From contig NW_024704742.1 in assembly GCF_018977255.1 (NCBI RefSeq), forward strand, positions 117,554,001 through 117,618,000: 64,000 nucleotides of DNA, in the 5' to 3' direction. The stretch's first letter is position 1, and each line of letters starts with the position of its first letter. Below are positions 36,654 through 49,539 of this stretch, piece after piece. The notes under the pieces were generated by a model. The model saw nothing but the letters and a program-made list of their open reading frames with translations, searched no databases and had not been told where the DNA came from. Source of the stretch: Callorhinchus milii. Lineage: Eukaryota. A program made the position numbers and the translations under genes.

Positions 36654-37239
36654 GATGATCCTAGCTGGACGAGCAATAGGATGTCTACCAATGCCTTGTT
36701 TTTGCATTATGGGGTTGCACAGTTTGTCCCGAGAAATTAAGTTTTCTCAAAGAATTTTGAGAAGTTCCAAAGTAATAGCGCACAACAAATGCTGGTGTTA
36801 TTATTTTCAAGATCAACAATAACAACTTGCATTTATATAATGCCCTTCATACCGGGTACCATCTTGGAGAGCTTAATAGTGGTGGAGCTTGATGCCAAGA
36901 TTAAGTAAGGACGTTACCTATGCCTGCAGATGACATTACCGAGCGGGAGCATGGAGATTTTAAAGAGGAAATGACTGAGAATAGAGCCTGACAAATCCAA
37001 ACCAATTTAAGGTTTCAGTTTACAATAAAGGCAGTTGTTAAACACAGAGTGGAACACAATTGTCCAGATCATAACAGACATGTTCTTGTAACTATTAATC
37101 GATCTTTTGACAGAAGTGTGTGGCATTTCTTAGTAATAACTGTGAGAAATAATTTTTNGTGGAAGACAACAAAGTTGAAGCTTATCAGAAATTATCTGTG
37201 CTAAATGAATTCAACCAGCCACTGAGACACTTGATCCTA

Positions 37240-38150
37240 ATAGATTCTGCAAATTTCAAGAACCAGACATTGGAGTGAGGAATGGGGAAAATCACTCACC
37301 AATAAGGCACAAAGCAGCCAGCATCAACACAGAGGCTGCAAAGGCTAATGAACAACATAGTAACAAAGAGACTTGCAAAGACGGGATGACCATATATCAC
37401 TAATATCGGCAATGGTGTTGCAATGCCTGGTTGGACTCTGGAAGAAGTTACACAATTTCAGGAGAAGCACAAAGGTAAAGTAGAAATATGACTTTAAAGT
37501 AAGGGTACAGGATATGCACGAGGGAAAGTTGTACCTTAGTTATAGAAGTTTAATTGACTTAATTTAAATCACTTGGTTGACAGAAATGGTAACAGGAATG
37601 AGGCAAATTAGGTTTTAGCAGTGGTAACAACAAATTACATACACAAGTTATGATAGGAGAGTAAATGTATTGACAGAAAGGAGTTTCCATTGGATAGATC
37701 AATGTATCTGAAATCCCACTCATCTCCTATGTCTAAAGGGAAATTCTCACATTATAGGACACAGGCTTTGACATGTGAAAGCATTCATACAGTGTGTGAA
37801 TAGGATATTCACCAGAGAGTCTGGACCTATTAAGATGGACCACAAAGAACCCTGCACTGTAGTAAGTACCATATTAATCACATATTCTACAATATGGACA
37901 ATATGTTATCTAACTTATTGATTGTGCACAGGCAAATTATAATGCATTTTATGTCAGTATAGGACCCAAGAGGTCAAGTGTTCTTATGTGTTCATAATGC
38001 ATCATCTGTCCTCTTCACAGATCAAGGGGAATGCAGTCAAACATCAGACAATGATGCAGAAATCACACTCCTGAGCATCAGTTGTCAGCCATTCTATCTC
38101 ATTTGAAGCTGGACACACATGGAATAGCACAAGTTCAGTTAGTAGCAGTA
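37240..38150 (+). mobile_element. Highly decayed LTR-retroelement remnant (knuckle-, protease- and integrase-like motifs)
   Basis: CKFQEP/HWSEEW (~37248-37285), AWLDSGRSYT (LDSG 37431-37442), YVI*LIDC (~37900-37925), VLFTDQG (TDQG 38017-38028). By-eye call only. Confidence 0.3.
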
Positions 38151-41100
38151 GTTCTGTGCCATCATGTAGCATTACATGATTGACTGCAGGCCTCTAAGAA
38201 CTCTAGAGCACTGGAGGTATTTGCACAAATGCAGGAAAACACAGTCATTACACTTTACAGTGAATCATGTGAAGCACTTTGGGATGATGTGATAAAGCGC
38301 TATATGAAAGTCAAGCATTATTATAATTACATACAACCAACTGTTCTCCTCTGTCTCCTGCTGCTTTACAAATGGCTATACAGCCACCAGTGCTATACCA
38401 TTGCTAGAGATCTAATTGATATTCAATTATTTCCTGTGAAGTGTTTGAGATGTTGTGGTAAAGTTCTATAAATTGCAAGTCCTTTCACTTTCTACAGTAT
38501 ATCTAGAACAAGCACAGAGATGTCATGGCTCACAAGGAGTGAAGAACGTAAAACACATACATGGCTAACACTGCACAGCTTAATAAAACTGATGCACTGT
38601 TACATTATCTTTTGTTTGTCATTCTTTCATTATGCAGAAAACCAACCAGCAATGGATCTTTTTGAGTCCTGCTGAAAATTGGCTTCCAAGTTAAGACTGA
38701 ATTTAAAATGAAACACAATCTTAAATTTTAAGATAATCCTTTTTAAGCCTAAAACCAGGATCCATTTCAGGCTTTTGGTGGTTCTCTAGAGCAGTGGTGG
38801 CCATCCCAAGGCTCATGGTAATTTTTGCTTTATCTGTGTTAACGCTACAGGAGGAGGAAGTGAAGGTGGTGCCTGTGATATTAACAACCTAAATATTCTC
38901 ACTTTTTTGTTCATAATTCAAAATTCAGAAGTTTATCATATATTCAGAAGTTTAAATTGAAGTATAATTATGAAAATAGGAATAGATGGTAAACAATTAT
39001 AATTTGTAAATGCCATGTAAGCGATATTGATTACAAAGAAGGCACCTTTATAACTGAAAAAGCATATGTCTTATCTTAGGAGATATGGGGATATATAAAT
39101 ACAACAACAACAAGATTACATTTGTATAGCACCTTTCACGTCGGGAGGATGTCCCAAGGCGCTGGACAGTGTGCAGCATTTCAGACCCGAGCTGGGGTCG
39201 GGGTGGGGAAGGGAGGGGAGGGGAAGGGGGGTGGCCAATGGTATGGTGGAAGAGGAGGGTCTTGAGATATATATATATATCCTAAGGGAGAACATTGAGG
39301 AATGAAAATGGGAATGAAATGGCGTCATTCCTATGGTCATTATTATTTTCCGTGTCTTCACATTACTGAGATATGACACACCTAGATTTCAAATGTATAT
39401 GTTGTTAATCAGATTTTTCTTCAAAATTCACAGGCTCATTGATACGCTAATTATAAAATCCGGATTCTATGTTTACCATACACAAAACAATGTGATAATT
39501 CGGTGTGAAAGTTATCCTAAATTTACATATAACAAAATAATTACAAAATATTTCTAGCAATATAAAAGAACTCTATCCCACCTTTGGAGTTTTTTCTGGT
39601 GTCCTGATCAACAATCCGTGAGATAAAATTGGCCACTCACTTCATAGCTGTTTGTGGGACACTGCTGTGCGCAAATTGGCAGTGGCAGTGGCATTTGCCA
39701 ACAAAATATACAGTTCATGGCAAAGATGTTCTCCTTCGTACCCACCTCAGTTCTGCCCCACCAGCTCGGGTGGCTGGTCAGTACTGTTATGTGGTTTGGG
39801 ATGTGTTTCTGATGTGAAAGGCTCTATATAAATGTAAATTTGTCTTGTATGTTTACTGAAAACTGTGAAGCATTTTGAGAGGGTTCAATTTAACGATTAC
39901 TGTAACAAATGCAAGAATTATTATTATTAAGAAACATAGTAGATATTGTCATCATGCTACAATGAAGAACCTATCTATAAAGTGTGATACTGTAATCGGA
40001 TCTGATATACATAACCAGAGATTGGAGCACTGGAACTCAGATGACAATGTACATATTGTAAGTTATATATGGATTTGCTGCCTCTGGAAGATTCTGCGCT
40101 ATTGATAAACCAGTTTAAAATTCACCGGTCTCTACTTTTACACTCGTTTATACCACAATGCAGAATCTTGCAATTCAGGGCACTTTAGATCAATATATTC
40201 AACTCAGTACTCAGTTCTACTGTTTAGCCCACACACAGTCATCTCATAAACTGAGATTTTCTCTACAATTGTGAGTTTCAAAAGAGTGGAGCACTAAAGC
40301 ACTCTGGTTTAATGATTGTATCTGTCTTTCTGTGTAAGTTGATATTAATGCAGCTCTCTGGGTCAGCCAGCTCAGTTAGTCCTCTCAGGCAGTTTTCCTG
40401 ATGATTCTCTCAGATATCAGTATTTAACAAAGTCATTCAGAAAATTAATGAAACAGACAGAAAGCAAAGGATGATCAAGATAATCATTTAACTTTTAAAA
40501 AATGTACCATAGAGAAGATAATTATTTTCTAAAAATCAACTGAAATTAAAATCATTTTACATTGCAGAATGCATCAACTATAATGTCATGTTTCAAGTAT
40601 GATTTATAAGCAGATCTACTTATTAGTGTCAGTGCTGTTGGCTGCTAACTGTATGTAATATCATGAATGCGACATTATGGTAAAGTGTTAGTCAAATATA
40701 TATTAGCATGGTTAAGAACATAAAAGCTCCAATGTCAGAAAAGCTATAGCTACTATACTGTACTTACATAAATGTGGCTGGAATCATTGTATGCTATTTC
40801 TGGAATTAGAATGAGAGTTGAGGGCGAAAAATATGTGGTAAGATAGCACCATCATTAATACTAACTTCTATCCTTCATTAATTCGAAATCCCCCTCCATT
40901 TAAATTCAATGGGGGTAGAAGGGGATGTGAATAATCCCCTAAGTGATTTAGTGAGTGAAAGAATGATCAAATTGTTGAAATAATATGGAGGTGGTATTTT
41001 CTACTGTTTACTTCTAAAATACAGCTCATTTGATAGCTGCTCTACACTACAATCAAAGCTATAAAGAAAAGTCTTCAATAAACACAGAGTTAATGAGAGG

Positions 41101-42196
41101 ATGACCCAAACCCATGACAGTGTGACAAGGAGTAGTGACTAAAATACTGTTCAGCAATGCAGTTTACCCATATTTGTAATATTATAATAATAATCCTTGC
41201 ATTTGATATAGCGCCTTATCAAGTCAACGAGACATCTCAAAGTGCTTCACAGAATATACTGTAAAGTGAATTGACTGTATATTTTGCGAGTGAAATTTTG
41301 AACTTGCAGGGACCATGAGAGAAAGGGGGTTGGAATGGAAGCCCAGAAATAAATGGTTAAAACCATAGAGGTGAAATTCTACTTTGCTTTAGATTTACAT
41401 TTAGATCAGTAACATAATATGTCCAAACATCAAGAATTTTGTAATTTACATGCACAATTTGCCTTGCAACTGCACTGTTTTTTTGAAATCTGAGGAGAAA
41501 CTTCAAGCCTGCACAAATGGAAGGAAAAATAGTGATTTATTTGTGGTGCTTTGTTTTACATTAACCCTATCTCCATGAGCAAAAAATATCAACAAATAGT
41601 TTAACAGGTACATTTTATCATGTGTATGAAAGTTAAAAGCTTGAAGAGTATGGGGATAGGATAGAGCAGTGAGTTTAAAAATACATCTTACTCAGAACCA
41701 GTGGAGACTCATCGGTCTGAATGACTTCCTTCGGCGATTTAAATTTATACAATTCTATCCTGCACTATGCTGTACGTCAGTTCTGACTCTTTTAAAAATG
41801 ACTTGTTTTTTCCCATATGAATCCAGTTGACTCCTGAGTTAATATTTTGCATGGAAATTCTGGATTTACTGATTTTCTGATTTGCTGTCCTGACAGAGGG
41901 TTTTGTTGCATACCAATAATTATACAACTTAAGGCAACAGTAGCCTCGCCTTATTTTGTGATTTAGCAATTGTATTTAGCTGGTAATTTTTAAAAAAAAC
42001 TCAACATTATTCTTGGGCGAGCTATTTAAGTGACTTCTGTATGCTTTAGAAGGTTTATCTTCAGTATTTCAATGACTCATCCTGTAGCATGTTTTAAATT
42101 TGTCCAATTACATGGCTCTGAGACACTATCCTGCATGAAGTGCATAATATAAATGCAAGTTGTTGTTCTAACTGCTTCCTTTTTTTTCTTTTTCAG

Positions 42197-42361
42197 TCAC
42201 AGAAGGACCCATCCCTCGTGGACAAAATCATGAGAGATCTTGATGCAAATAAAGACAATGAAGTGGATTTCAATGAATTTGTTATTTTGGTTGGGGCTCT
42301 AACTGTTGCATGCAATGACTTCTTTGAAGAGCAACTTAGAAAAAAAGGCAAAACCCACTAG
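42197..42361 (+). CDS. S100Z: Protein S100-Z, coding exon 2 (canonical EF-hand); total protein 101 aa
   Basis: Polypyrimidine tract and TTTCAG| at 42196. SQKDPSLVDKIMRDLDANKDNEVDFNEFVILVGALTVACNDFFEEQLRKKGKTH*; DLDANKDNEVDFNEF and LTVACND match S100Z. Adjacent to CRHBP, as in human. Confidence 0.95.
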   Translation, partial: SQKDPSLVDKIMRDLDANKDNEVDFNEFVILVGALTVACNDFFEEQLRKKGKTH

Positions 42362-42496
42362 CGTTGACATCTTCAAAACAGGCATCTTGGTGAACACCAT
42401 CTTAAAGAAATTATATAAACCTATTTTTCACTTAGAAATACTGTAAAATTACTTAAATTATTTTGTAAGTAAGAATATAGAATTAATTCTTAGCAC

Positions 42497-42502
42497 AATA
42501 AA
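42497..42502 (+). terminator. S100Z: Candidate polyadenylation signal of S100Z
   Basis: AATAAA 136 bp after the stop codon. Confidence 0.5.
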
Positions 42503-44499
42503 TTGTCTACTAATTACATGATAAGGTTGCTTTTATTTTTACACTAGGGTATATTAATGGGAAATCAAGTAATCTGGATATTAATCGATGATTGCCCAGA
42601 AAATACACAGTCAATTCACTTTACAATATATTCTGTGAAGAGCTTTGAGATGTCTCAATGATGTGATAAGGCGCTATATCAAATGCAAGGATGATTATCA
42701 TTATTATTATAAATGGATCATTCAACGAACACTTTTAGCTCTCTGAGGAGTTTGCAAATAAATTGAAAGGAGTACCCCAGTAAAACAAGGAAATGGAGAG
42801 GGAACTGATAGCCATGTCTGCAGATGGTGCTCTGATCACGATAGTCACAGTGGTGAAGTTCAAACAAAACTGTGAACATTAGTTTGATAATGGAAGGAGA
42901 GCACAGTGGGATTGAACAACGATTAGACAAGCTAGAGCTCTTCACCAACAACAACTTGCATTGATATAGCACCCCTCACACAAGGCAGGAACCAGAGAGC
43001 TTCTTCGGTCTTGAGAGAAGACAACTCATAGGAGACCTCATAGTTTTAAATGAGATTTAAAAAGTAAACCGAGATCAATACTTTAATATGTATAAGACAG
43101 TAGAACAAGAGGACATAGGTTTAGAGTTGTAAAGAGGAATTTCAGGACAGTAGCAGGAAGGTTTTCATTACACAGAAGGTAATCAAAGACTAGAACAGGG
43201 TGTCAGGAAGAGTGGAACTGCCCAGGACACAAAACTGATTTAGAAAGCAGTTTGATGCACTGATGGGGGGTAACGGTAGATGAGTGTTCTGGAGAGATGA
43301 GATTAGATGGGCCAGTCATGTGTGTGTAAGGGTGAGGCCTACAAAATACAGTCACTACACTTTACAGTCTATCCTGTGAAACTCTTTGAAATTTCCTCAC
43401 AGTGTAAAAGGTGCTATATTAAATACAAACCCCATCTGAAATTGGCTAACAGCACAAACTAGTTTCGGAACCTGCAACCTTCTAATCTGTATAACTTAAT
43501 CTGGGCAAATATTCACATGGTCAACAATATGGTGTGTCTAAGTATATGTTGTGTATACCAGAAAACATACAAATAAAATACATGTATGTGTCTTCCTTCA
43601 ATTATCTTCAATTGAAAATATTTAAAATGTATATGATAAAAGATTGACAAAATGCCACAAGCAACAATTAGTGTTAGTCACATGGGTAAACTTTTCATGG
43701 TTGAAAATAGACAATTCTCACACATCAGTGAGAAAACTGTACAATGTGAGTTACATCATTTGAAATTACTCTCTTTAATCTAGTTGTTATCATCAAGCAC
43801 TTTCACATGACATCAATGATGGGTAAAGTGCACCCACCGTTTGTGTAATGGACGTCAGTTATTTCAGCGCATTGGCTCCAACTGGCCTATGATGCAACTG
43901 GGAAGAGTTCAGTTAGTTCTCACACAGCTCACGCTCAGAGTCAATTTAAAGCATGTGAGATACCAAACAGTCCTACCTTAAGTCCTTCAATGCATGTGGG
44001 TCAGCAATAAATAACTCCAGACCAAGAGCAGCTGACTCACAATCTGACAAGAGCCTTTTTAAATGAATGTGTAAAGTGAGTCACTTGTTACAGAAACCTA
44101 TTTTTATGACTCGATTGCAGGAACAATCTTCCAAAAGTAAGAATATTCCCAGTCATTCAGTTTGTTGGCTCAAAGCACAAAAGTGAATATTTTTCATGCA
44201 TGTTACAATCCCAACTAGGGTGATTTTTTGTAATAGATTCGCTAACAGCAACAACCCAATTGCAATTATGTGGTACCTTTCATGTAGGAGACTATCTCAA
44301 AAGACTTTTACATTTGAGTGGAATTGAGTGGAAGCCAAAGCTGGTTGGGGTCCCCGAGCCTTGGTTTTTGCCATTCTCCAGCTAATACTTTCCGGAATTA
44401 GATAAGCAAGGTGCATCCCTCTGGGGAGAGAGTGTACATTCCAGACAAAGAACTCTCTGGGTGCAGGTGCTATACATGGAACTACATTTTTTTTTGCAT

Positions 44500-44770
44500 C
44501 ATTAGCACCTCTTTTCCCCTGTTTTGCTGCAATACCCCCTTTGTTTTGCACCATTAACACCTCTTTAACCCATCATCCCCTGTCCTCTACCCCATTTTCT
44601 CCTTTATCTTCCTTGCCCTGCCCCCCCTCTCTGTTAGCCCTTAAAAACCTTTCCCTCCCAACATGCCCCAGTTCTGACGAAGGGTCATGGACCTGAAACG
44701 TTGACTCACTTTCCTTTCTCCATAGATGCTGCCTGATCTGCTAAATGTTCCCAGCGACTTTTTTTGTTAC
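44500..44770 (+). mobile_element. Penelope-like element terminal remnant
   Basis: Pyrimidine-rich tract followed by TCTGACGAAGGGTC..GACCTGAAACGTT..TCTCCATAGATGCTGCCTGATCTGCT, an arrangement I recognise from Penelope-like repeats. Confidence 0.65.
44670..44706 (+). ncRNA. Minimal type I hammerhead ribozyme motif
   Basis: AGUU-CUGACGA-A-GGGUC(AUG)GACCU-GAAAC-GUU-GACU: both catalytic boxes, helix I, helix II and a palindromic helix III. Confidence 0.65.
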
Positions 44771-45449
44771 ATGGAACTATATGTCTAGTTTGGATATTCT
44801 TAAAAGTGGTGATGGATTTCTGCAAGTGTCAGCCAAAGTAAAGTTCACAAGTGTGGGAGGCACAAGGGAACGCTGCTGTAATGTCTTCTATCGTCAAATA
44901 GTCTGCCAATGCTCACTGACTGGGCTCAAATATGAAAAATGACCATTGGGGCAAAATGACATAAGACTGCGGGAATGAGAGAAGTGATGTGGAGAAAATT
45001 GATCAGTAAATAAAAACGTCATTGTCGACTGTAACCATTCACCATTCTCCAATAGAAATGAAGCCAGTCAATGCTTTGTATCTTCAGAAAATGTGGCTTC
45101 ACACATCATGAATTGTTTCTCTGAGCTCAATATTTGAATAGAGGGATTTCTGGTTCCAAAGGCAAACATTCCTAATCATATTGCCCTTCAGAACTCATAT
45201 AAGGGATGCATTCTTAAACTAAGACATGCTGACATCTCCCAAATAAGCAATGATTATTTGCATAATCTCCTGTTAACAAACGAGGGCTACAAATACTGGG
45301 ATTGTCTCAAGCAACTGGTGGTACAGTTGATCAATTGCTTCAAAATAGGGACCTCAGTTACATTTCTTTATAATTATACAGCGAAAGCTGGCACTTTCAT
45401 TAATGCCCGTGCATTCTGAATCTCCGCTTTCCAGGTTAACAAAGAAAAA

Positions 45450-45820
45450 AAATAATAATACTCTTTTGATATAGCGCCTTATCATTTCTTCGAGACGTCT
45501 CAAAGCGCTTCACAGAATATACTGTGAAGTGAATTGACTGTATATTTTGTGGGTGAAATGCGGCAGCGAATTGCGCGCAGCAGTGTCCCACAAACAGTCA
45601 TGGATTGAGTGACCAAATTATTATTTTTACAATTTTTTTTAAGGGATTATTACTCCCAGAAAGCGATCCACTAATTGACTAACAACCAGGTTCCTACTTA
45701 CTGCTGGTAAACAGAGGCGTTTGGAATAAGGAAACTTGCCCAAGTTTCATCCTGCTGGGAATCAAACCCAGGTCTCTTGCTTGCGAGGCGAGTGCTCTAA
45801 CCATTGAGCTACAGGACTCC
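45450..45820 (-). mobile_element. tRNA-derived Deu-type SINE, long subfamily
   Basis: Full-length, well-preserved reverse-complement copy. Confidence 0.88.
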
Positions 45821-48484
45821 AAAAATAGAAAATAGTATTGTATTTTTTCCAGTGCTTTACAAACTGATGAATATTTTAAGAAGTTCAAAATAATGAATCA
45901 CTGCAGTAATGGAAATGGAAGAACGGTCACATAAATAGTTTATAGAGGGCTTAGTGATCTTGTGTGGAAACATTTAAATCACTGCACTGCCATAGAGACA
46001 GGTATAGGGATAAATGCTGAGGCAATGACAAACATTGAGAAAAATGTACAGAACTGATCTTTATTGCCCACCAGAGACCTTGTGGCAGAGAAGTTCAACC
46101 AAGCAAATAAAAGACAGATAGAACTATAATATAAGTGTATTGAGGAAGTACAGTAAGATCTGAAAGCATATGTCTGTCTCATAAGTTATTGAAAAGTTTC
46201 AGATTCATTCTGGAACTGCCAGTTTCTTAGAATTGTCATTGGTTACAATTTAAATTCAATGCTTTTTGAACCAAAAAGTATATTAGATGATGGTTGAGCA
46301 TACATCTATCGACATTTCAGAATATTCTGTCTGTTCAACCAGCAATTTAGTCAATACATTGATGTGGGTTCAAAGACCTGGTCAGAAGACATTCCCGTAT
46401 AAAAGAAATTCTATAATGATATTTGTTGCGCTCACTGGTCTGCAGTGGACTAATCAATATTAGGCAATGTTATGATCTGTCAGGTGTTCAGAGGACACAG
46501 ACAATATATGCCATTGAGCACAGCAGTGCCTGACTGTCCAGAAGGCAATGCTTTGCCTTTTCATGCTTTGCCTTTTCATGCATAACAACACTGAATCTTG
46601 CAGATTCGAACTATGAGCTATTCCATTTACTGAGGATGATCCCTGGAATTGCCTTGTTAACCATGGCGTACAGACATTTGGTCAGGAAATCAATGGTCTA
46701 GTAAATTTTTGTAATTTTCCAATAGTGACAAGGATTAACTGTTTTAGTCACGTTACAAAGAATTATATAAATTTACAGTATGAAAACAGGCTATGCGGCC
46801 CAACTACTCCATACCTGTGTTTATTCTCACCGTGAGCCTCCGCCCCTCTTAATCCCATTTCCCTCTGTTCCCTTCTCCTGCCCATATTCTCCCTTCAGCG
46901 CCTTGGAACGTCCTCCCGATGTGAAAGGCGCTATACAAATGTAATTTTGTATTGTATATGTACCCATGTTATCACATTTTTAAATAATCTGGTAATAAAA
47001 AAAATGCGTTTGTCAAAAAATGTGTAGGAATATAATAGGAAAGATATGGGATTAAATATGAATGTAAAATATAAATATAAAATATACATTTTAAATATAA
47101 ATATGAATTAAATATCATTACATATGAAAAAATCTCAAAACACACAAATTTATACTGATTTATTGAAAGAATAGCAAATGCTAAATAGAATTTATATATT
47201 TTTAAATCTAGTAAAATTAATTACAAGAGGTCAATTTGTGACACTTGAAACCTGTGGAAAACTTAATTTTGGGCTTAACAATATGAAAAGTTTTATGAAG
47301 AAAATATTGTCTTTATACTTCACAATTATATTTTTGCCCACAAAATATGCAATAAATTCACTTTACAGTATATTCCGTGAAGCGCTTTGAGACGTCTCAA
47401 CAACGTGATAAGCGCTATATCAAATACAAGGATTATTATTATTACAAATGAATCACTGACTATAGTCTTCTATAGACTTCTATAGACAATAAACTTCTAT
47501 TATACAACCCTACACATAAATACACCATATAGTTAATTTGAGTCAGTTTCCTCTGATGGGTTTTGCATAACCAACACCTTTGTTAATTTGCAACCAGTGA
47601 TTTAGAAATATTAATATTCAGATAAAATAGGATATCGCATGCAAATTAAACAACTGGTTGAGAAATTATTCTATGTAAGTATCATTGCATTGCTAGTGAT
47701 TGGCTGTGATTGCTTAGAAAACCTTTAGACCATAAATAAATCACCTTTGTGTATGAAACCAGTGTTGAATGATTTCTTGTCACACCTCTTAAAAGTATTG
47801 GTCTGACAGGTTCTGTAGAAATTGGCTTAAAAACTAAGAACAGATTTATTACATCTTTCCTTCTACAAGGCTGGAGTATAACCTGTCATGCACAAAGTAA
47901 ACGCGCAGTATTGAAAGAAGAGTTCTTTGGCTATAGCTACCTATTGGAATTGAAATTAAAACCTACTGGGAGGGGAAAGGTAACAGTTTCAGAACCAAGT
48001 GAATATGTGGCGGTCTCAGCAGTCCAGTTCCTAGATCAGGTGGGTCCGCAGTATTCTAGGGCGCTGCTAATGACAGTCCAGCCGGCCTAGCTCATCGGCA
48101 GAATTTGGAGAGGCAGACTGATCACTGGAACAAGGAGTCTTCCCATTCAGCTCCTGCAAACCAAAACCCTAATGGATGAGCTGCAGGAATCTTGACAGAC
48201 AGTGCTTTCAATGTTTTTAGCTGATTAAAGTCCAGTTGTCCCCCAAACCATATCCCTCAAACCACACTCCACTGTCCCCAAGTCTTGTCTTTTGACAACC
48301 TGTATCTAATACTCTCCGGATATAGGTAATCAGGATGTAAGTGGCATGTGAGGCACCTCCAGTCAGGTTTGGATACTCTTAAGCATGGTGGTGGCTTCCA
48401 CAGTGTCAGGCACTTGGCTGTCCAAAATAATGTAATTACAATATTTACTGTTTCCATTTTGTTGTTATTTCCACCCACAGCTCA

Positions 48485-48792
48485 GGAGTCCTGTAGTTTA
48501 GTGGTTAGAGCACTCGCCTGGCAAGCGAGAGACCTGGGTTCGATTCCCGGCAGGGCGAAACCTTGGGCAAGTTTCCTTACTCCACACGCCCGATAATCCC
48601 TCAAGAAAAACAAAACAATAATAAATTGGTCACTTCAATCCACGACCGTTTGTGGGACACTGCTGTGTGCAATTGGCTGCTGGGTTTCGCCCACAAAATA
48701 TACAGTCAATTCACTTTACAGTATATTCTGTGTCTCGAAGATGTGATAAGGCGCTATATCAAATGTAAGGATTATTATAATATTATTATTAT
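48485..48792 (+). mobile_element. tRNA-derived Deu-type SINE, intermediate form (short body, long-type tail)
   Basis: Lacks the central ~70 bp block but ends in TCTCGAAGATGTGATAAGGCGCT like the long copies. Confidence 0.8.
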
Positions 48793-49539
48793 GATTAGCT
48801 GCCAAGCTTTATACTTTATAGTATATCCTGTGAAGCACTTTGAGAAGTCTAGAAGACATGAAAAGTGTTATAGCAAATGCAAGGATTATTATTATTATTA
48901 TATTGCTAGGGATTTACAGTCTAAGCATAAACCATGGAACCATAGTATATTACATCACAAAAAGGATGGTATTTAACTCATCTTGGCTGTGCTGGCACCC
49001 TGGACAGGGCTATCCATTGACTTCCATCTTCCTAACTTTCTGCATACCATTTTATACCCTAATATACAGCATTGTGGATCCATGTGTAAAATGTTAAAAA
49101 ATTAGTATTTTTTACATTCACCAACACCAGCTGGTGTCTTATGGTCTAAGTCTCTCTTGTGCACAGAACATGCCTTTTATATCAAGTGTTTGTTGAGATA
49201 ATATGAAATAATTAACCAGACAACAGTGCAAATATGTACAAATGTACACTTTTCTTATCTCCAGATTAGAGAAATCAAAATGTAAACAAATATTTCTTGG
49301 GAAATAAGAGCAAGAAGAAACCAAGGCCTGAGTTACCAGAAATACCAATACATATCAACCTTGTCACTGGTGTCAGAGTTCCCAGAAATCTCAAGCAAAT
49401 AATTATAACTCATGTATCAAAGATTTCAATCTTATCGTTAGCATGAGAGTTAAAAGAAACGCCAACCTATTATTTGTACTAGGGTTAGAGATTGCTATTC
49501 GTACTAGGGATAAGATTCTTTATTTGTACTAGCCTTAAT

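Noticed and set aside
8475..37158. Single N bases at 8475, 25657 and 37158
   Set aside because: All lie at the ends of homopolymer runs; sequencing ambiguity rather than biology.
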